Of a stretch of DNA of 64,000 bases, positions 25,846 through 35,719 are shown one piece after another (positions within the stretch are counted from its first letter, which is position 1; each line of letters starts with the position of its first letter). Location: IMG/VR virus record IMGVR_UViG_3300027898_000001. One strand, 5' to 3'. Below the pieces are notes generated by a model that was not told where the DNA came from, did not search any database, and worked only from the letters and a program-made list of their open reading frames with translations. The stretch comes from a virus. Its lineage: Duplodnaviria; Caudoviricetes. The translations under genes and the position numbers were made by a program.

Positions 25846-26523
25846 ATGTTTGTACTACCACAACGCTTTAATTTTATATATAATTCATTACAAGCTAAAC
25901 CTGGTGTTAATATACTAGTACCTATGTCAGGTAAAACTAAGCTACCTATGCAATATTACAAGAATGTAGCCGCTAGAGCCACTTCCGAGCGTATGATAAC
26001 GCCTGTTCTCCATGAACTTAGAACCAATGTATTTCGATGCAATGATTTCTCTGTGAAAGAGTCAACTAGCATGAATCATGTACTAGAAGGTATATCGCAT
26101 AGTGTGTACAATATCTTCACTCCACTTTATTTTAGATCTACCATTTTAGAGCAGATATTACCATATACTGATTATGCTTACATTCTAAATGCGGCTATTC
26201 TTGCTCATAAGTTACTTACTGGTGAATCAAATTCAGGATTTAAAGAATTCAACAATTGGTTTCGCATGTACGATTTGCGTACAGAATTAAGTAAAGTAAA
26301 CGGTACTTCTTACTTGAAGATTATTCGTGGTAATACCGAACTGTATTCTTGGCACGAAGAATTATGGACACATGCTGCTGTTTGGTTGATGGATGAGTCT
26401 GATATAATAGGCAACGAAACTCTAGCTCGTAAGTTAAACGTATCTGTAGATAAGTTGCTTGCCGAATTACTTAATATTAGAAATGTAATAGCTCCTCTAA
26501 ACCTGTCCCTAAAGGTACAATAA
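25846..26523 (+). CDS. hypothetical protein
   Basis: AAGGAG SD; 225 aa. Confidence 0.75.
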   Translation: MFVLPQRFNFIYNSLQAKPGVNILVPMSGKTKLPMQYYKNVAARATSERMITPVLHELRTNVFRCNDFSVKESTSMNHVLEGISHSVYNIFTPLYFRSTILEQILPYTDYAYILNAAILAHKLLTGESNSGFKEFNNWFRMYDLRTELSKVNGTSYLKIIRGNTELYSWHEELWTHAAVWLMDESDIIGNETLARKLNVSVDKLLAELLNIRNVIAPLNLSLKVQ

Positions 26524-26529
26524 TTTAGA
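26521..26529 (+). promoter_or_regulatory. candidate phage promoter motif TAATTTAGA
   Basis: Overlaps the stop codon; 38 nt before ATG 26559. Confidence 0.45.
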
Positions 26530-26558
26530 TTAATTCTATTTTATTTGGTACCACCATC

Positions 26559-27974
26559 ATGTTAATATCCATTTCATCTTCTGCATACACTTGGTATAAG
26601 TATACGGGTGATAAACGTGTTAAATATAACGATCATCACCCAGAATTTGAACTCACACTAAAGCGCAATGAAATATTTGGTGTGGCTAAGAATTTTACAG
26701 TAGTACATGAAGATGAACTGGATATACCTTTCAAACTATCAAAATCCGAATTAAAGCATTTACTTACAAATAGTGTTTTGTTGAAGTATGACCACGATAT
26801 GTATCCTAGACTCTCCTTGCCTTGTAAGGAAGCGGATATTCGCCGCGTGTACAATTTTTACAACGCTAAACTATTTAACAACGAATTACCTACTGACATT
26901 AAGTTCCGTCGTATTACACGCGAAGGTGTTGAAGGTATGGCTGGAGGTAGGACCAATCTAAAGACAGGCAAATTTAACCACGTTATGTGGTATCATCCTT
27001 CTTCAATGACTGATGTACCATTCTTTTGTCACGTTGTTATACATGAAATGATCCATGTACTAAACAATGTTCGATACTTGGCTGGCGATGACTCTTATCG
27101 TAACGCTGGACATGGGCCAATGTTCGTAAAAGAAATGCACCGTATTAATGCTCTTGGTTATAAGATATTGCTAACGGTTAAACAGGAAGATTATCATATT
27201 GTTGAATCACAAGAAACTATTTATCTTGCCACGTATCAATTAAGTAGAGGTAAGTTGGGTTTCTGGAGCTATACACCGTTTGATCCTATCAATATCTTGG
27301 AATCATTGAATCTTGCAGGGTACATGCCAAGTGCTTATGAATATGGCACTACGCAGAACTCTCTCGCTATTAAGGCAGATCCAATTGTTCGAGGTAGACC
27401 TGCAGACAAGTTAATGCCTAAAGTTGCACACGCTGATTCCGTACATATCAAAACAAAGTTGAACTTCATCACAGATAAAATGCTTAGTGGATTTAAACCT
27501 ACAGTGTATAAGCGTATTGAACGTGATGCGCCTGTAGATGTTAAACCAAGTGTGGAGAATATGACTAAAGCATGTGCCAAGTATTTATATTTAGGTAAGG
27601 CTGCGTATGTTTCAAATATCTTTATGAATCTTGGTGTTAAAGAAACTAATACCTATGATATGGAATTTGCACGTAGCGCAATTAAATCAAAAGGTTTCAA
27701 TGACAGTGATTTCGACTATGTGTTGAAAAGCTGGTATGATATTCCAGATAAAGCTATATTGGCAGGTGGTGATTGGCTTGACGCTACACGATCTATCTTG
27801 AAAAACAAAATGAGTAATGATAGCGCTATAAATAAAATCGCACGTATCTATAACAGTGATTTCGCAGGACGCGTTGAACCCGAACGATATGCACGATTAG
27901 CTGCACAGTATTTCGATATTATCACATTATCTCAAACAACTTTAATGGCTGAGATTCTAAAACGGATTCGATAA
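26559..27974 (+). CDS. SprT-like zinc metalloprotease domain protein
   Basis: YNFYNAKLFNNELP, HVVIHEMIHV (HExxH), GHGPMFVKEMHRIN. Confidence 0.88.
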   Translation: MLISISSSAYTWYKYTGDKRVKYNDHHPEFELTLKRNEIFGVAKNFTVVHEDELDIPFKLSKSELKHLLTNSVLLKYDHDMYPRLSLPCKEADIRRVYNFYNAKLFNNELPTDIKFRRITREGVEGMAGGRTNLKTGKFNHVMWYHPSSMTDVPFFCHVVIHEMIHVLNNVRYLAGDDSYRNAGHGPMFVKEMHRINALGYKILLTVKQEDYHIVESQETIYLATYQLSRGKLGFWSYTPFDPINILESLNLAGYMPSAYEYGTTQNSLAIKADPIVRGRPADKLMPKVAHADSVHIKTKLNFITDKMLSGFKPTVYKRIERDAPVDVKPSVENMTKACAKYLYLGKAAYVSNIFMNLGVKETNTYDMEFARSAIKSKGFNDSDFDYVLKSWYDIPDKAILAGGDWLDATRSILKNKMSNDSAINKIARIYNSDFAGRVEPERYARLAAQYFDIITLSQTTLMAEILKRIR

Positions 27975-28639
27975 TGAACTATAATCCTAGCATGTACGCT
28001 CCATGGGTTAGAGTAGTTCGATTTAAGGATATTGTATCGACTGATGGTATTTATTATGTTGTATCTAATCAGAACACAGTTGACACATGCCTAGAATTTG
28101 AAAGATACTTAAACCTTACTTCCGATGAAGTGTTGGACTTCGATATTGTGACGCTAGACAGTCGAGAAGTTAAACTACTAGAGGTGATGAATCAAGGTCT
28201 TAATCCTGTGTTTCGTAGAAATGGTGTGTTGTCGATAAATAGTTCTTGGGCTATTTTTGATATGGGTCCTAAAACACCATTCGCAATAATTCCAAGATAC
28301 CAATTCGTTACAATGCGCAATCGTGTATTCAATGCAGATCGTATTTCATTTTTACTTTCATTGTTGCCATATATTGTTGAACTAGATAACTATTTAGCTA
28401 AAGACAACAATATGTTTAAAGAGGCGAGTCCTAGATATAGGGCTTCTGCTGTACAAGAACATGTTGTTAAACTGAAAACGCAATATCGGAGCTCAATATC
28501 TTTTATAGGTACCACATTGTTTTTAAAAGACAGTGGTATGTATGACGTTCTGATAGACACAAAAGATTCAAGGGCTCTAGCTTCGCTCTTGTCTAGGTTA
28601 ACACTATTTACTGATTGGGGTAGCCATGGAAATTTTTGA
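27974..28639 (+). CDS. hypothetical protein
   Basis: 221 aa; TAATG coupling. Confidence 0.7.
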   Translation: MNYNPSMYAPWVRVVRFKDIVSTDGIYYVVSNQNTVDTCLEFERYLNLTSDEVLDFDIVTLDSREVKLLEVMNQGLNPVFRRNGVLSINSSWAIFDMGPKTPFAIIPRYQFVTMRNRVFNADRISFLLSLLPYIVELDNYLAKDNNMFKEASPRYRASAVQEHVVKLKTQYRSSISFIGTTLFLKDSGMYDVLIDTKDSRALASLLSRLTLFTDWGSHGNF

Positions 28640-29213
28640 TGACAACAAATACGTTATGCTTTTGACTTCAGTTAGGTCTTACTATCAACAAACCCACAGA
28701 GTATACCATAATTGGAATCATATTATTGATGGTGTTAAAATAGCTAAATCTATACCATCAGATGAATTCAAATGGAATCGTGCTCAACAATTAGCATGGT
28801 TATTTCACGATATTGTATACAACATAGGTAGTGATGATAACGAAAAACAATCTGTAGCCCTTATGTACCGAGTGTTGAAGACATTGCAATATCGTTATAG
28901 ATTGTATTATGAATTGGATGAAGATGCGGCTACTGCTGAAACTATAATTCGTAACACGCAGTTCCATATTCCAAGTACAGCACTATGTAAGGCTGTATTA
29001 GATATTGATATGTATTGTTTCTCCTCATCTGATTTACTGCATAAAGCCAATGCTAACATAAAAGATGAGTACTGCTTAGACAGTATGGCACCTAGATATG
29101 AATTTCTTCGTTCACTTGTAGGTAAGCAGTTATACCATACAGACTATGGAAAGAAACGTCTACAACCTAGAGCAGAACAAAACATCGCAGATATTTTAAA
29201 AGATAGGATTTAA
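28626..29213 (+). CDS. HD-superfamily metal-dependent phosphohydrolase
   Basis: RVYHNWNHI, AWLFHDIVY, DNEKQS, VLDIDM. Confidence 0.88.
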   Translation: MEIFDDNKYVMLLTSVRSYYQQTHRVYHNWNHIIDGVKIAKSIPSDEFKWNRAQQLAWLFHDIVYNIGSDDNEKQSVALMYRVLKTLQYRYRLYYELDEDAATAETIIRNTQFHIPSTALCKAVLDIDMYCFSSSDLLHKANANIKDEYCLDSMAPRYEFLRSLVGKQLYHTDYGKKRLQPRAEQNIADILKDRI

Positions 29214-29217
29214 TACT

Positions 29218-29610
29218 ATGCTAATCTCAGTAGAACCTAGAATACAAAGTGGTGTAGTGCCTGTGTATGAAGGTCAAGTAATATTAGTGCGTAGCAGTAA
29301 TGGCAAGAAATGGGTATTTCCTAAAGGTGGTGTAGAACCTGATTTAGATAAGCGATCTAGTGCAGCTAAAGAGGCTTTTGAAGAAGCTGGAATAGCAGGC
29401 ACTGTCGGCAAGAAGCTTGGTGAGTTCCGCTACTTCAAAGATAAACAATTGCAGATAGTGCACTACTATAGTATGGATGTGGAAGAACTGCTACACAGTT
29501 ATCCCGAGAAGCATTTAAGAGAGCGAATACTAATATCTTTCAAGAAAGCCAAAGAAATGATTGAACCAGATCTTAAATTTCTGTTGAAAGCTGCCAAAAA
29601 GTCTCAGTAA
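29218..29610 (+). CDS. Nudix hydrolase
   Basis: WVFPKGGVEPDLDKRSSAAKEAFEEAG Nudix box. Confidence 0.92.
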   Translation: MLISVEPRIQSGVVPVYEGQVILVRSSNGKKWVFPKGGVEPDLDKRSSAAKEAFEEAGIAGTVGKKLGEFRYFKDKQLQIVHYYSMDVEELLHSYPEKHLRERILISFKKAKEMIEPDLKFLLKAAKKSQ

Positions 29611-29626
29611 TTTTAATGGTGTCTGT

Positions 29627-30100
29627 ATGAAGAAAGATAAGTATAAAAAGCGTGTTGTTATGTTAGGTACAAGACGGTTAGAACTGCAAGGTTACGAACC
29701 TCAAGCATTGACCTATCTTATGAACAGTGGTTTTAAAGCTGAGGAAATTCGTTGTGAGTGTGAGACGGTTCCTATTGTCCGCTATAAGTATGGTAATCGT
29801 TTTAGAGATTATTATCCTGATATGTACATCGCACATAGGCGATTGATTGTAGAAGTGAAATCTGAACATACTTTAGGTTTGTTGAGTAATACTAAGCGTG
29901 GATTCTCAATGACCTGCGCTAAGGCAATTGCCGCACATAAGATGGGTTTCAAATTCGTGCTGCTGTTAATGAAGTCTGATGGCACTAGATTGAAGATGCC
30001 TAAGAATTGGGCATACATGAAGAAGACACAATTGAATGCTGAAATAGATAAATTGAATCCTCTTCGCGGTACTGGTAAGATGAACCTATTCTTTATGTGA
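29627..30100 (+). CDS. PD-(D/E)XK nuclease, TnsA N-terminal / gp4-like
   Basis: IVRYKYGNRFRDYYPDMYI...LIVEVKS...KAIAAHKMGFKFVLL. Confidence 0.75.
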   Translation: MKKDKYKKRVVMLGTRRLELQGYEPQALTYLMNSGFKAEEIRCECETVPIVRYKYGNRFRDYYPDMYIAHRRLIVEVKSEHTLGLLSNTKRGFSMTCAKAIAAHKMGFKFVLLLMKSDGTRLKMPKNWAYMKKTQLNAEIDKLNPLRGTGKMNLFFM

Positions 30101-30615
30101 ATATTATGATTATAAAAAAGAAACCACCGGGTGAACGGCGTACTACTGCCGATATTTTGAAACGTGCCGCTGTTGAGCACTATGCACATAAAACCTACTC
30201 TTGTTACGTTGAGCTTGGTGTATTACCGTGGGGTAAGCGCCGACTCGACGTTTTTGCGTTAAATACGAAAGGTCATTATGTTGGTATCGAGACCAAATCG
30301 TGCGTTGCAGATTACAACACTGACTCGAAGTGGCGAGAGTATTTGGAACACGTTAATTCATTTTACTTCTGTGTTACCGAAGCCGTATATGCCAAGTTAG
30401 AAGAACGATTACGTGTAGATTGCAAAGAAACTGGTGCTGGTGTTATGATACTCACCAGCAACGGATTTATTAAAGTTGTTATCAATGCAAAGAAACACAA
30501 GATGTGCAAAGAAAACAAATTGAGACTACTTCTCAAGGTAGCATGGAGAGGCGGTGAATCAAAAAGGACTATAAAGCGTAGAACACGATTTCTTTTAAAC
30601 AACGAAGAAAACTAG
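30097..30615 (+). CDS. MmcB-like restriction-fold nuclease
   Basis: ELGV...RRLDVFAL...GIETKSCVADYNTDSKWREYLEHVNSFYFCV. Confidence 0.85.
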   Translation: MNIMIIKKKPPGERRTTADILKRAAVEHYAHKTYSCYVELGVLPWGKRRLDVFALNTKGHYVGIETKSCVADYNTDSKWREYLEHVNSFYFCVTEAVYAKLEERLRVDCKETGAGVMILTSNGFIKVVINAKKHKMCKENKLRLLLKVAWRGGESKRTIKRRTRFLLNNEEN

Positions 30616-30624
30616 GTATATTTT

Positions 30625-31545
30625 ATGTATGCTAAAATTCCGTTCACATCTAACTGGACAGAAGCTCAAGTCTTGTCTGTTATTGCCTCATTATTATCAG
30701 GCACAACAAATCCTACAGCACTACCTGCAGGCATTACAGCAAGTGCTTCAATCACAAATACAGTACCGCACGGATGGACACTCGTTAGGCAAAGCGCTGG
30801 CAGTTACTTAGTAGCTAGCTCACCTATAACAGCACGTACAAACAAGAGCAAGTTTGTTGCTATATCTACTGCAACTAATATATTGCAATTAGTGTTAGGT
30901 GATGCAAGTGCAAATACCAATACTATTACAGTAAACGGTACGACAGTAGCCACCACTACAAATATTTGTGATAGCAGTGTAGTTGCGAAAACTGGTTATG
31001 TAATGCTACACGTTAGCATTACACCTTCACACATGCTTTTCATGTTAGAGCGTCTTACTGGAGCCTCATTAACATCTGCAGGTACTAATGGTCTAATTGC
31101 GGGCGTTGTAGATCAAATAACTTCAGACACGCTATATAGTGATGCTGGACCTTTAATGCCAGTTGTACTTGCTAAAGATTGGACGCAGAGTAGTGGTTCT
31201 GCTCTTATTATGGAGCCTACCACATTAAGCTACACAAATGGCATTGCGCCTGTTGTAGGTAGTTATGTTGCTCAAGCCTATTTTGTGTTTAGAGGTGCAC
31301 AATCTCAAACAATAACCTTACCAGATAGTGGTAAACAGTGGCGTAGTGGTGCTAGTACGTCTGCACAAATTTACGAAGTAGGTTTTGCGTCAACATCCAG
31401 TGAATCTGAAACGTCCAAACTGGCAGATATTTATGCTACATCTACTGCATTCGCAGGGTCTCTTATTGAGAATACTATTAATGGTAAAACGTATGTGAGT
31501 TGGACAACAACCGCTGGTAATACCTTACTAGTAGCTAAGGAGTAA
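30625..31545 (+). CDS. MYAK-type paralog 1, putative structural protein
   Basis: MYAKIPFTSNW N-terminus; S/T/G/A-rich; motifs shared with the next three genes. Confidence 0.7.
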   Translation: MYAKIPFTSNWTEAQVLSVIASLLSGTTNPTALPAGITASASITNTVPHGWTLVRQSAGSYLVASSPITARTNKSKFVAISTATNILQLVLGDASANTNTITVNGTTVATTTNICDSSVVAKTGYVMLHVSITPSHMLFMLERLTGASLTSAGTNGLIAGVVDQITSDTLYSDAGPLMPVVLAKDWTQSSGSALIMEPTTLSYTNGIAPVVGSYVAQAYFVFRGAQSQTITLPDSGKQWRSGASTSAQIYEVGFASTSSESETSKLADIYATSTAFAGSLIENTINGKTYVSWTTTAGNTLLVAKE

Positions 31546-31547
31546 CT

Positions 31548-32489
31548 ATGTACGCTGTCTTAAAATTTAATACTTGGGGTGCGCCTACACAAGTCTACGC
31601 TGCAATTATGTCTATCATGCAGGGTAATACATTAGCTGCTGCAGGTACTGCGAGTGCGGGCCAACTTAGTGTTACAGGATCTAAATTAGTGGGCAATGCT
31701 GCGTCGGATGCTTGGACTTTTGTCGATTCAAGTACACTCATGGTACCAAACAGTACAGTAAATTCTCAGAATAAATATATACGTTTTACAGGACTAGGTG
31801 TTGTGACTGTATTGTTCAGTAAAACATCTGCATTTGGTAGTACAGACACTTTTGCAGGTACCAGTTCTAGTGCCCAGACTATACTCACGCAAAGTAATCT
31901 AAATGGTGTATCTAATAGTGCGAATGCTCCACTCCTAGTGCATTTAAGTTTTTCTAAACACCACTTTATGTTGGCTACAATGTCACAAGCAACAGGTGCT
32001 GTTCAGGCAATTACGATACTCTCTGAGGTAGATTACGGTGTCTCAGATTATTTAGATGATGCCTCTAATACATACTCACCTATAGTTTCCTGTTGTAACA
32101 TCTATGGTGGTAGTATTTACGATAGCGCTACACCTGCAAATACTACAGGTAAATGGTCGATTCCTAAAATAATCACCAACTTATCTACTGGAGCTACAGC
32201 TACACGCCCTGCACTCGATTGGCGAGTTGGTAATAAAGTTGCCACAACGAATCCACTGGCTGATACTGGTAATGCTAGTTGCAACGCAGACTTGACATAC
32301 TCTACATCATTGTTGCCTTTAGGTGTCGCATACAATACCCAGTTCCATGGTGATATAACATCTAAGAGCGGTATACGTTTATATGCAGGTACTGGTCCTA
32401 ATGATATAACATACACCCCCAATGATATTGTTACAGTTAGTGGTGTTCCATATCGAATTCTAAACAAAATTGCAGTTCCCTATATTTAG
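31548..32489 (+). CDS. MYAK-type paralog 2, putative structural protein
   Basis: MYAVLKFNTW; QNKYIRF; LVHLSFSKHHFML. Confidence 0.7.
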   Translation: MYAVLKFNTWGAPTQVYAAIMSIMQGNTLAAAGTASAGQLSVTGSKLVGNAASDAWTFVDSSTLMVPNSTVNSQNKYIRFTGLGVVTVLFSKTSAFGSTDTFAGTSSSAQTILTQSNLNGVSNSANAPLLVHLSFSKHHFMLATMSQATGAVQAITILSEVDYGVSDYLDDASNTYSPIVSCCNIYGGSIYDSATPANTTGKWSIPKIITNLSTGATATRPALDWRVGNKVATTNPLADTGNASCNADLTYSTSLLPLGVAYNTQFHGDITSKSGIRLYAGTGPNDITYTPNDIVTVSGVPYRILNKIAVPYI

Positions 32490-32501
32490 GAGATTTTACG
32501 T

Positions 32502-33533
32502 ATGTTTGCTAAACTTTATTTTGCAGCAGGCTGGGGTACCAACTCTGTTAAACAAGCCATATTTAACGTAGCTTGCGGTGTTACTAGTTTAACTACATTG
32601 AATGCAAACTTAACCGCGTCACCTGCAAATACAGCTACAGTAGTTACAGCATTGTCGTATATCATTAATAATAAAACACCATCTGGTTGGACAAACTCCA
32701 CTAGTTTGACTGCTAATGTGAGTACGACATCTATTATGTATGCACCGTGTGCTAATAGTACGAAGAATAAATATGTTGCTCTTGGTGGTACAAACTCATA
32801 CGTGTCTATGAGTAGTGTTAGTGGTATGACGAATTCAACGTATACTTCTGATCCCGGCACTGAGATTATTCAAGCAGGTGCTGACGATACTTCATCTACT
32901 TCCAGACACAACACAGCATATCCATTAGAAGTTTGGATATCATGCTCTAACCGTCATTTACTTGTTGCGTGTAATCGCCCTGGTTATAATCACGGTACGT
33001 CTTCTGGTACTGGCAATCAAACTAGCGGTTATGTTGCAGGCGTTCTCGAACATGTGGCTACGGATGCTTGGATGGTAGATGGTATTAATCACTTGCCAGC
33101 TATTGTGTTACGTCCCGGTCAAAACTGGCAATCAAATAACGTAAATGGTCCTACAACTATTGCACTTGATGGTTATGCTACCGGTTGGAGAGATATTACG
33201 CAAGCAACCGTTACTGATAACTACTCCAGTGTGTCTTCTACAAAAGCCGCGTACACACGTTATGGTAGCGGTACTATTCAGTCAATTACAAATAATGGCA
33301 CTTGTACAATATCTCAAGATGAGAACACTGTTGTAAGAACATTAATGCCATTTGGTGTTCGTAACCAAGCACAATTACAACGTGGTGGTGCAGTAACAGA
33401 TTTATCTAACGTGTACTTATGTCCTGCCATATTTGCTGCAAACACTGTTATTCAAGTAGGTACAGATACTACGAATTTATTCCACATATTCAAAGCATTT
33501 AACGGTGTTGATATTGCCGTACCTCGCGGTTAA
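32502..33533 (+). CDS. MYAK-type paralog 3, putative structural protein
   Basis: MFAKLYFAAGW; APCANSTKNKYVAL; GGAVTDLSNVYL; ends AVPRG. Confidence 0.7.
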   Translation: MFAKLYFAAGWGTNSVKQAIFNVACGVTSLTTLNANLTASPANTATVVTALSYIINNKTPSGWTNSTSLTANVSTTSIMYAPCANSTKNKYVALGGTNSYVSMSSVSGMTNSTYTSDPGTEIIQAGADDTSSTSRHNTAYPLEVWISCSNRHLLVACNRPGYNHGTSSGTGNQTSGYVAGVLEHVATDAWMVDGINHLPAIVLRPGQNWQSNNVNGPTTIALDGYATGWRDITQATVTDNYSSVSSTKAAYTRYGSGTIQSITNNGTCTISQDENTVVRTLMPFGVRNQAQLQRGGAVTDLSNVYLCPAIFAANTVIQVGTDTTNLFHIFKAFNGVDIAVPRG

Positions 33534-33554
33534 TTACTTATTTGGAGATGATAT

Positions 33555-34526
33555 ATGTACGCGAAATTAAGATTCACGTCAGGTTGGTCAACTGGACAAG
33601 TAAACGATGCAATATTGACACTACTCAGTACAAACACTTCTTACACATTATCTACAATGGTAGCAGCATGTGCAGCAACTCAACCAAAACTAGATATGGC
33701 TAACAGTGCTCTGTCTTACGCGATAGGTGGACACGGTTGGACGCAAGAATATCTAAACAATACCACTGCAAATAGATTAGCGGTATTGAGTTCACCCTGT
33801 GCAAGTAGTAGTAAGAAAAAATATATAGTTACTTCTTACGCGAACAACTTACTACAAATCACGTTAGGTGAGAGTTGGGTTAGTGCTAATACGTTAAATA
33901 ATCCTACCACACCAACGGCAAACAGTTGGTTAAATACTGCCAATACCCCAACTAGTGGTGGATTAGACGTTTATTTGTTTGTATCTAATCGTTTTATATT
34001 TCTAGCAACTGCTGTAGCAGCTTCTACCAATCTAGCGTTATCTGCAGGTGTATTTGAATTCGTTAAAAACGACGGCTTCTACACAGAGACTAGCAGTTAT
34101 ATTCCAGCCGCACAATTTAATAGCCAATTAACGAATGCTAGTTTATTCAACGGTGCACTGAGTCCATTTGTGTTACCTAGATTTTATAGTATACGTAATT
34201 CTGCGGACAGAATTACTGGTAACGCTACTGCCCTGTGGGAAACACCCTATGTTGACGACTCTGGAATACCTAATACTAATTTGGGTTATGATTTCCTAGG
34301 TACAGCAACTAACTGGTCACCTTTATTGATGCCATTTGGATGTAGTAACCGCGCAAACTTAGGATTTATGGGTGGCGCTATTTCTGATCTATCTAATGTG
34401 TATTTAGGGCCAGGTAATTTAGGTGCATGTTTTGACGAAGTTATTGTTGGTCCAACCACGTTCGTGCAAATAGATTTAGGACTAGCTCCCGCCTCATACG
34501 GTCGCATGTTCTTTCCTAAAGGATAA
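33555..34526 (+). CDS. MYAK-type paralog 4, putative structural protein
   Basis: MYAKLRFTSGW; SPCASSSKKKYIV; GGAISDLSNVYL; ends FPKG. Confidence 0.7.
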   Translation: MYAKLRFTSGWSTGQVNDAILTLLSTNTSYTLSTMVAACAATQPKLDMANSALSYAIGGHGWTQEYLNNTTANRLAVLSSPCASSSKKKYIVTSYANNLLQITLGESWVSANTLNNPTTPTANSWLNTANTPTSGGLDVYLFVSNRFIFLATAVAASTNLALSAGVFEFVKNDGFYTETSSYIPAAQFNSQLTNASLFNGALSPFVLPRFYSIRNSADRITGNATALWETPYVDDSGIPNTNLGYDFLGTATNWSPLLMPFGCSNRANLGFMGGAISDLSNVYLGPGNLGACFDEVIVGPTTFVQIDLGLAPASYGRMFFPKG

Positions 34527-34531
34527 CTATC

Positions 34532-34735
34532 ATGGCTAATCTAGGAGTGGTTCCTGTAATTGCTGCGAATCCAAATTCAACACATACAGTACGCTCTATT
34601 ACGTATGTTTCTTCTATTTATTTTGGAGCTTCTCAGCTATCAGCAGGCTTAGGTGCTGTTAGTAGCAGTCAGGTAACTAATCAGTCTGTTGTCGCATTAC
34701 CAACGCAAGTAACACCTGTACAATACTGGAGCTAA
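34532..34735 (+). CDS. small S/T/Q-rich protein ending QYWS
   Basis: AAGGA SD; C-terminus resembles the next gene. Confidence 0.6.
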   Translation: MANLGVVPVIAANPNSTHTVRSITYVSSIYFGASQLSAGLGAVSSSQVTNQSVVALPTQVTPVQYWS

Positions 34736-34736
34736 T

Positions 34737-35015
34737 ATGACAGCAATAGCACAGAGTAATTTCCATTTAGCTACACAATCTACACCTGTAGTGCATGCAA
34801 CATTACGTTTTCCTGCGCTAACTTCTGTTAGTTCCGGACTACCTTTATCAACTACACTTCCTTATAACATACAACAAATGCAATTTCCAGCATTACTGTA
34901 TTTCGGAACATTATCTGCTGGCGGTCAAGCTAGTTCGACAAGCTCGGTATCACAGTTACAAACAGCACAGGTGGTTACGGTAGACGTGACTAAATTGTAT
35001 CAAGTTTGGAGTTGA
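34737..35015 (+). CDS. small S/T/Q-rich protein ending QVWS
   Basis: GGAG SD; followed by a terminator. Confidence 0.6.
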   Translation: MTAIAQSNFHLATQSTPVVHATLRFPALTSVSSGLPLSTTLPYNIQQMQFPALLYFGTLSAGGQASSTSSVSQLQTAQVVTVDVTKLYQVWS

Positions 35016-35027
35016 GTCCTCTGCTTT

Positions 35028-35051
35028 AGGCATATGGATTTGCCTCCTTTT
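35028..35051 (+). terminator. probable Rho-independent terminator
   Basis: AGGCA-TATGGATT-TGCCT followed by CCTTTT. Confidence 0.55.
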
Positions 35052-35083
35052 AACTATAATATGAATTTAAAATTGGTGATTAT

Positions 35084-35716
35084 ATGACAAGTTTGCTGGT
35101 CTCTGTAGAAGGTATAGACTGCTCTGGTAAGTCAAGTGCGATTAATATGTTAAAAGAAACGTACAGCATTGTTACTACACGAGAACCTGGGGGTACACCA
35201 ATTGGTGAAGAATTACGCACGCTTATTTTACAGAATGGTAATGTCATATCAAGCGAAACAGAAGCATTACTCTTTTATACTGCGCGTGTTGAACACTGCA
35301 AAGCATTTATTAAACCGAATTTAGATGCGGGTAATGTGGTTGTATGTGATCGCTACTATGATAGTTCCCTGGCATATCAAGGTGCTAATGGTAATACCTT
35401 TACTAAGACATTGCATGAATTTATGTTACGTGAAAATGTTATTCTACGACCTAACTATACCCTGCTGTTTGATATTTCTATTGAGACTTATTTGAAGCGC
35501 AAGACAGCTAGAGGTGTTGTCAAAGGTGAGGAAATTAATCACATAGAGGATCGTGATGTAGTTATTTATGAAAAGACACTGGCTATTTTTCGAGAACTAG
35601 CTAGAGAAGAACCTAACAGATTTATTGTTGTGGATGCTAATCAGGATATTCAGACAGTACATAACCAAGTCACTGCAATTTTTGATAAATTGGGTGTTCC
35701 GAGAAAATTAGGATAA
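35084..35716 (+). CDS. tmk: thymidylate (dTMP) kinase
   Basis: VEGIDCSGKSS, TREPGGTPIG, EALLFYTAR, VVCDRYYDSSLAYQG. Confidence 0.95.
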   Translation: MTSLLVSVEGIDCSGKSSAINMLKETYSIVTTREPGGTPIGEELRTLILQNGNVISSETEALLFYTARVEHCKAFIKPNLDAGNVVVCDRYYDSSLAYQGANGNTFTKTLHEFMLRENVILRPNYTLLFDISIETYLKRKTARGVVKGEEINHIEDRDVVIYEKTLAIFRELAREEPNRFIVVDANQDIQTVHNQVTAIFDKLGVPRKLG

Positions 35717-35719
35717 TAT

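Noticed and set aside
25696-26523. Retron (a1/a2-like stem plus downstream ORF)
   Set aside because: The adjacent ORF has no YxDD or other reverse-transcriptase motif, and no RT is seen in the window
29627-30100. Tn7-like transposon from the TnsA-like nuclease
   Set aside because: No TnsB/TnsC/TniQ and no terminal repeats; stand-alone nucleases of this fold are common in large phages
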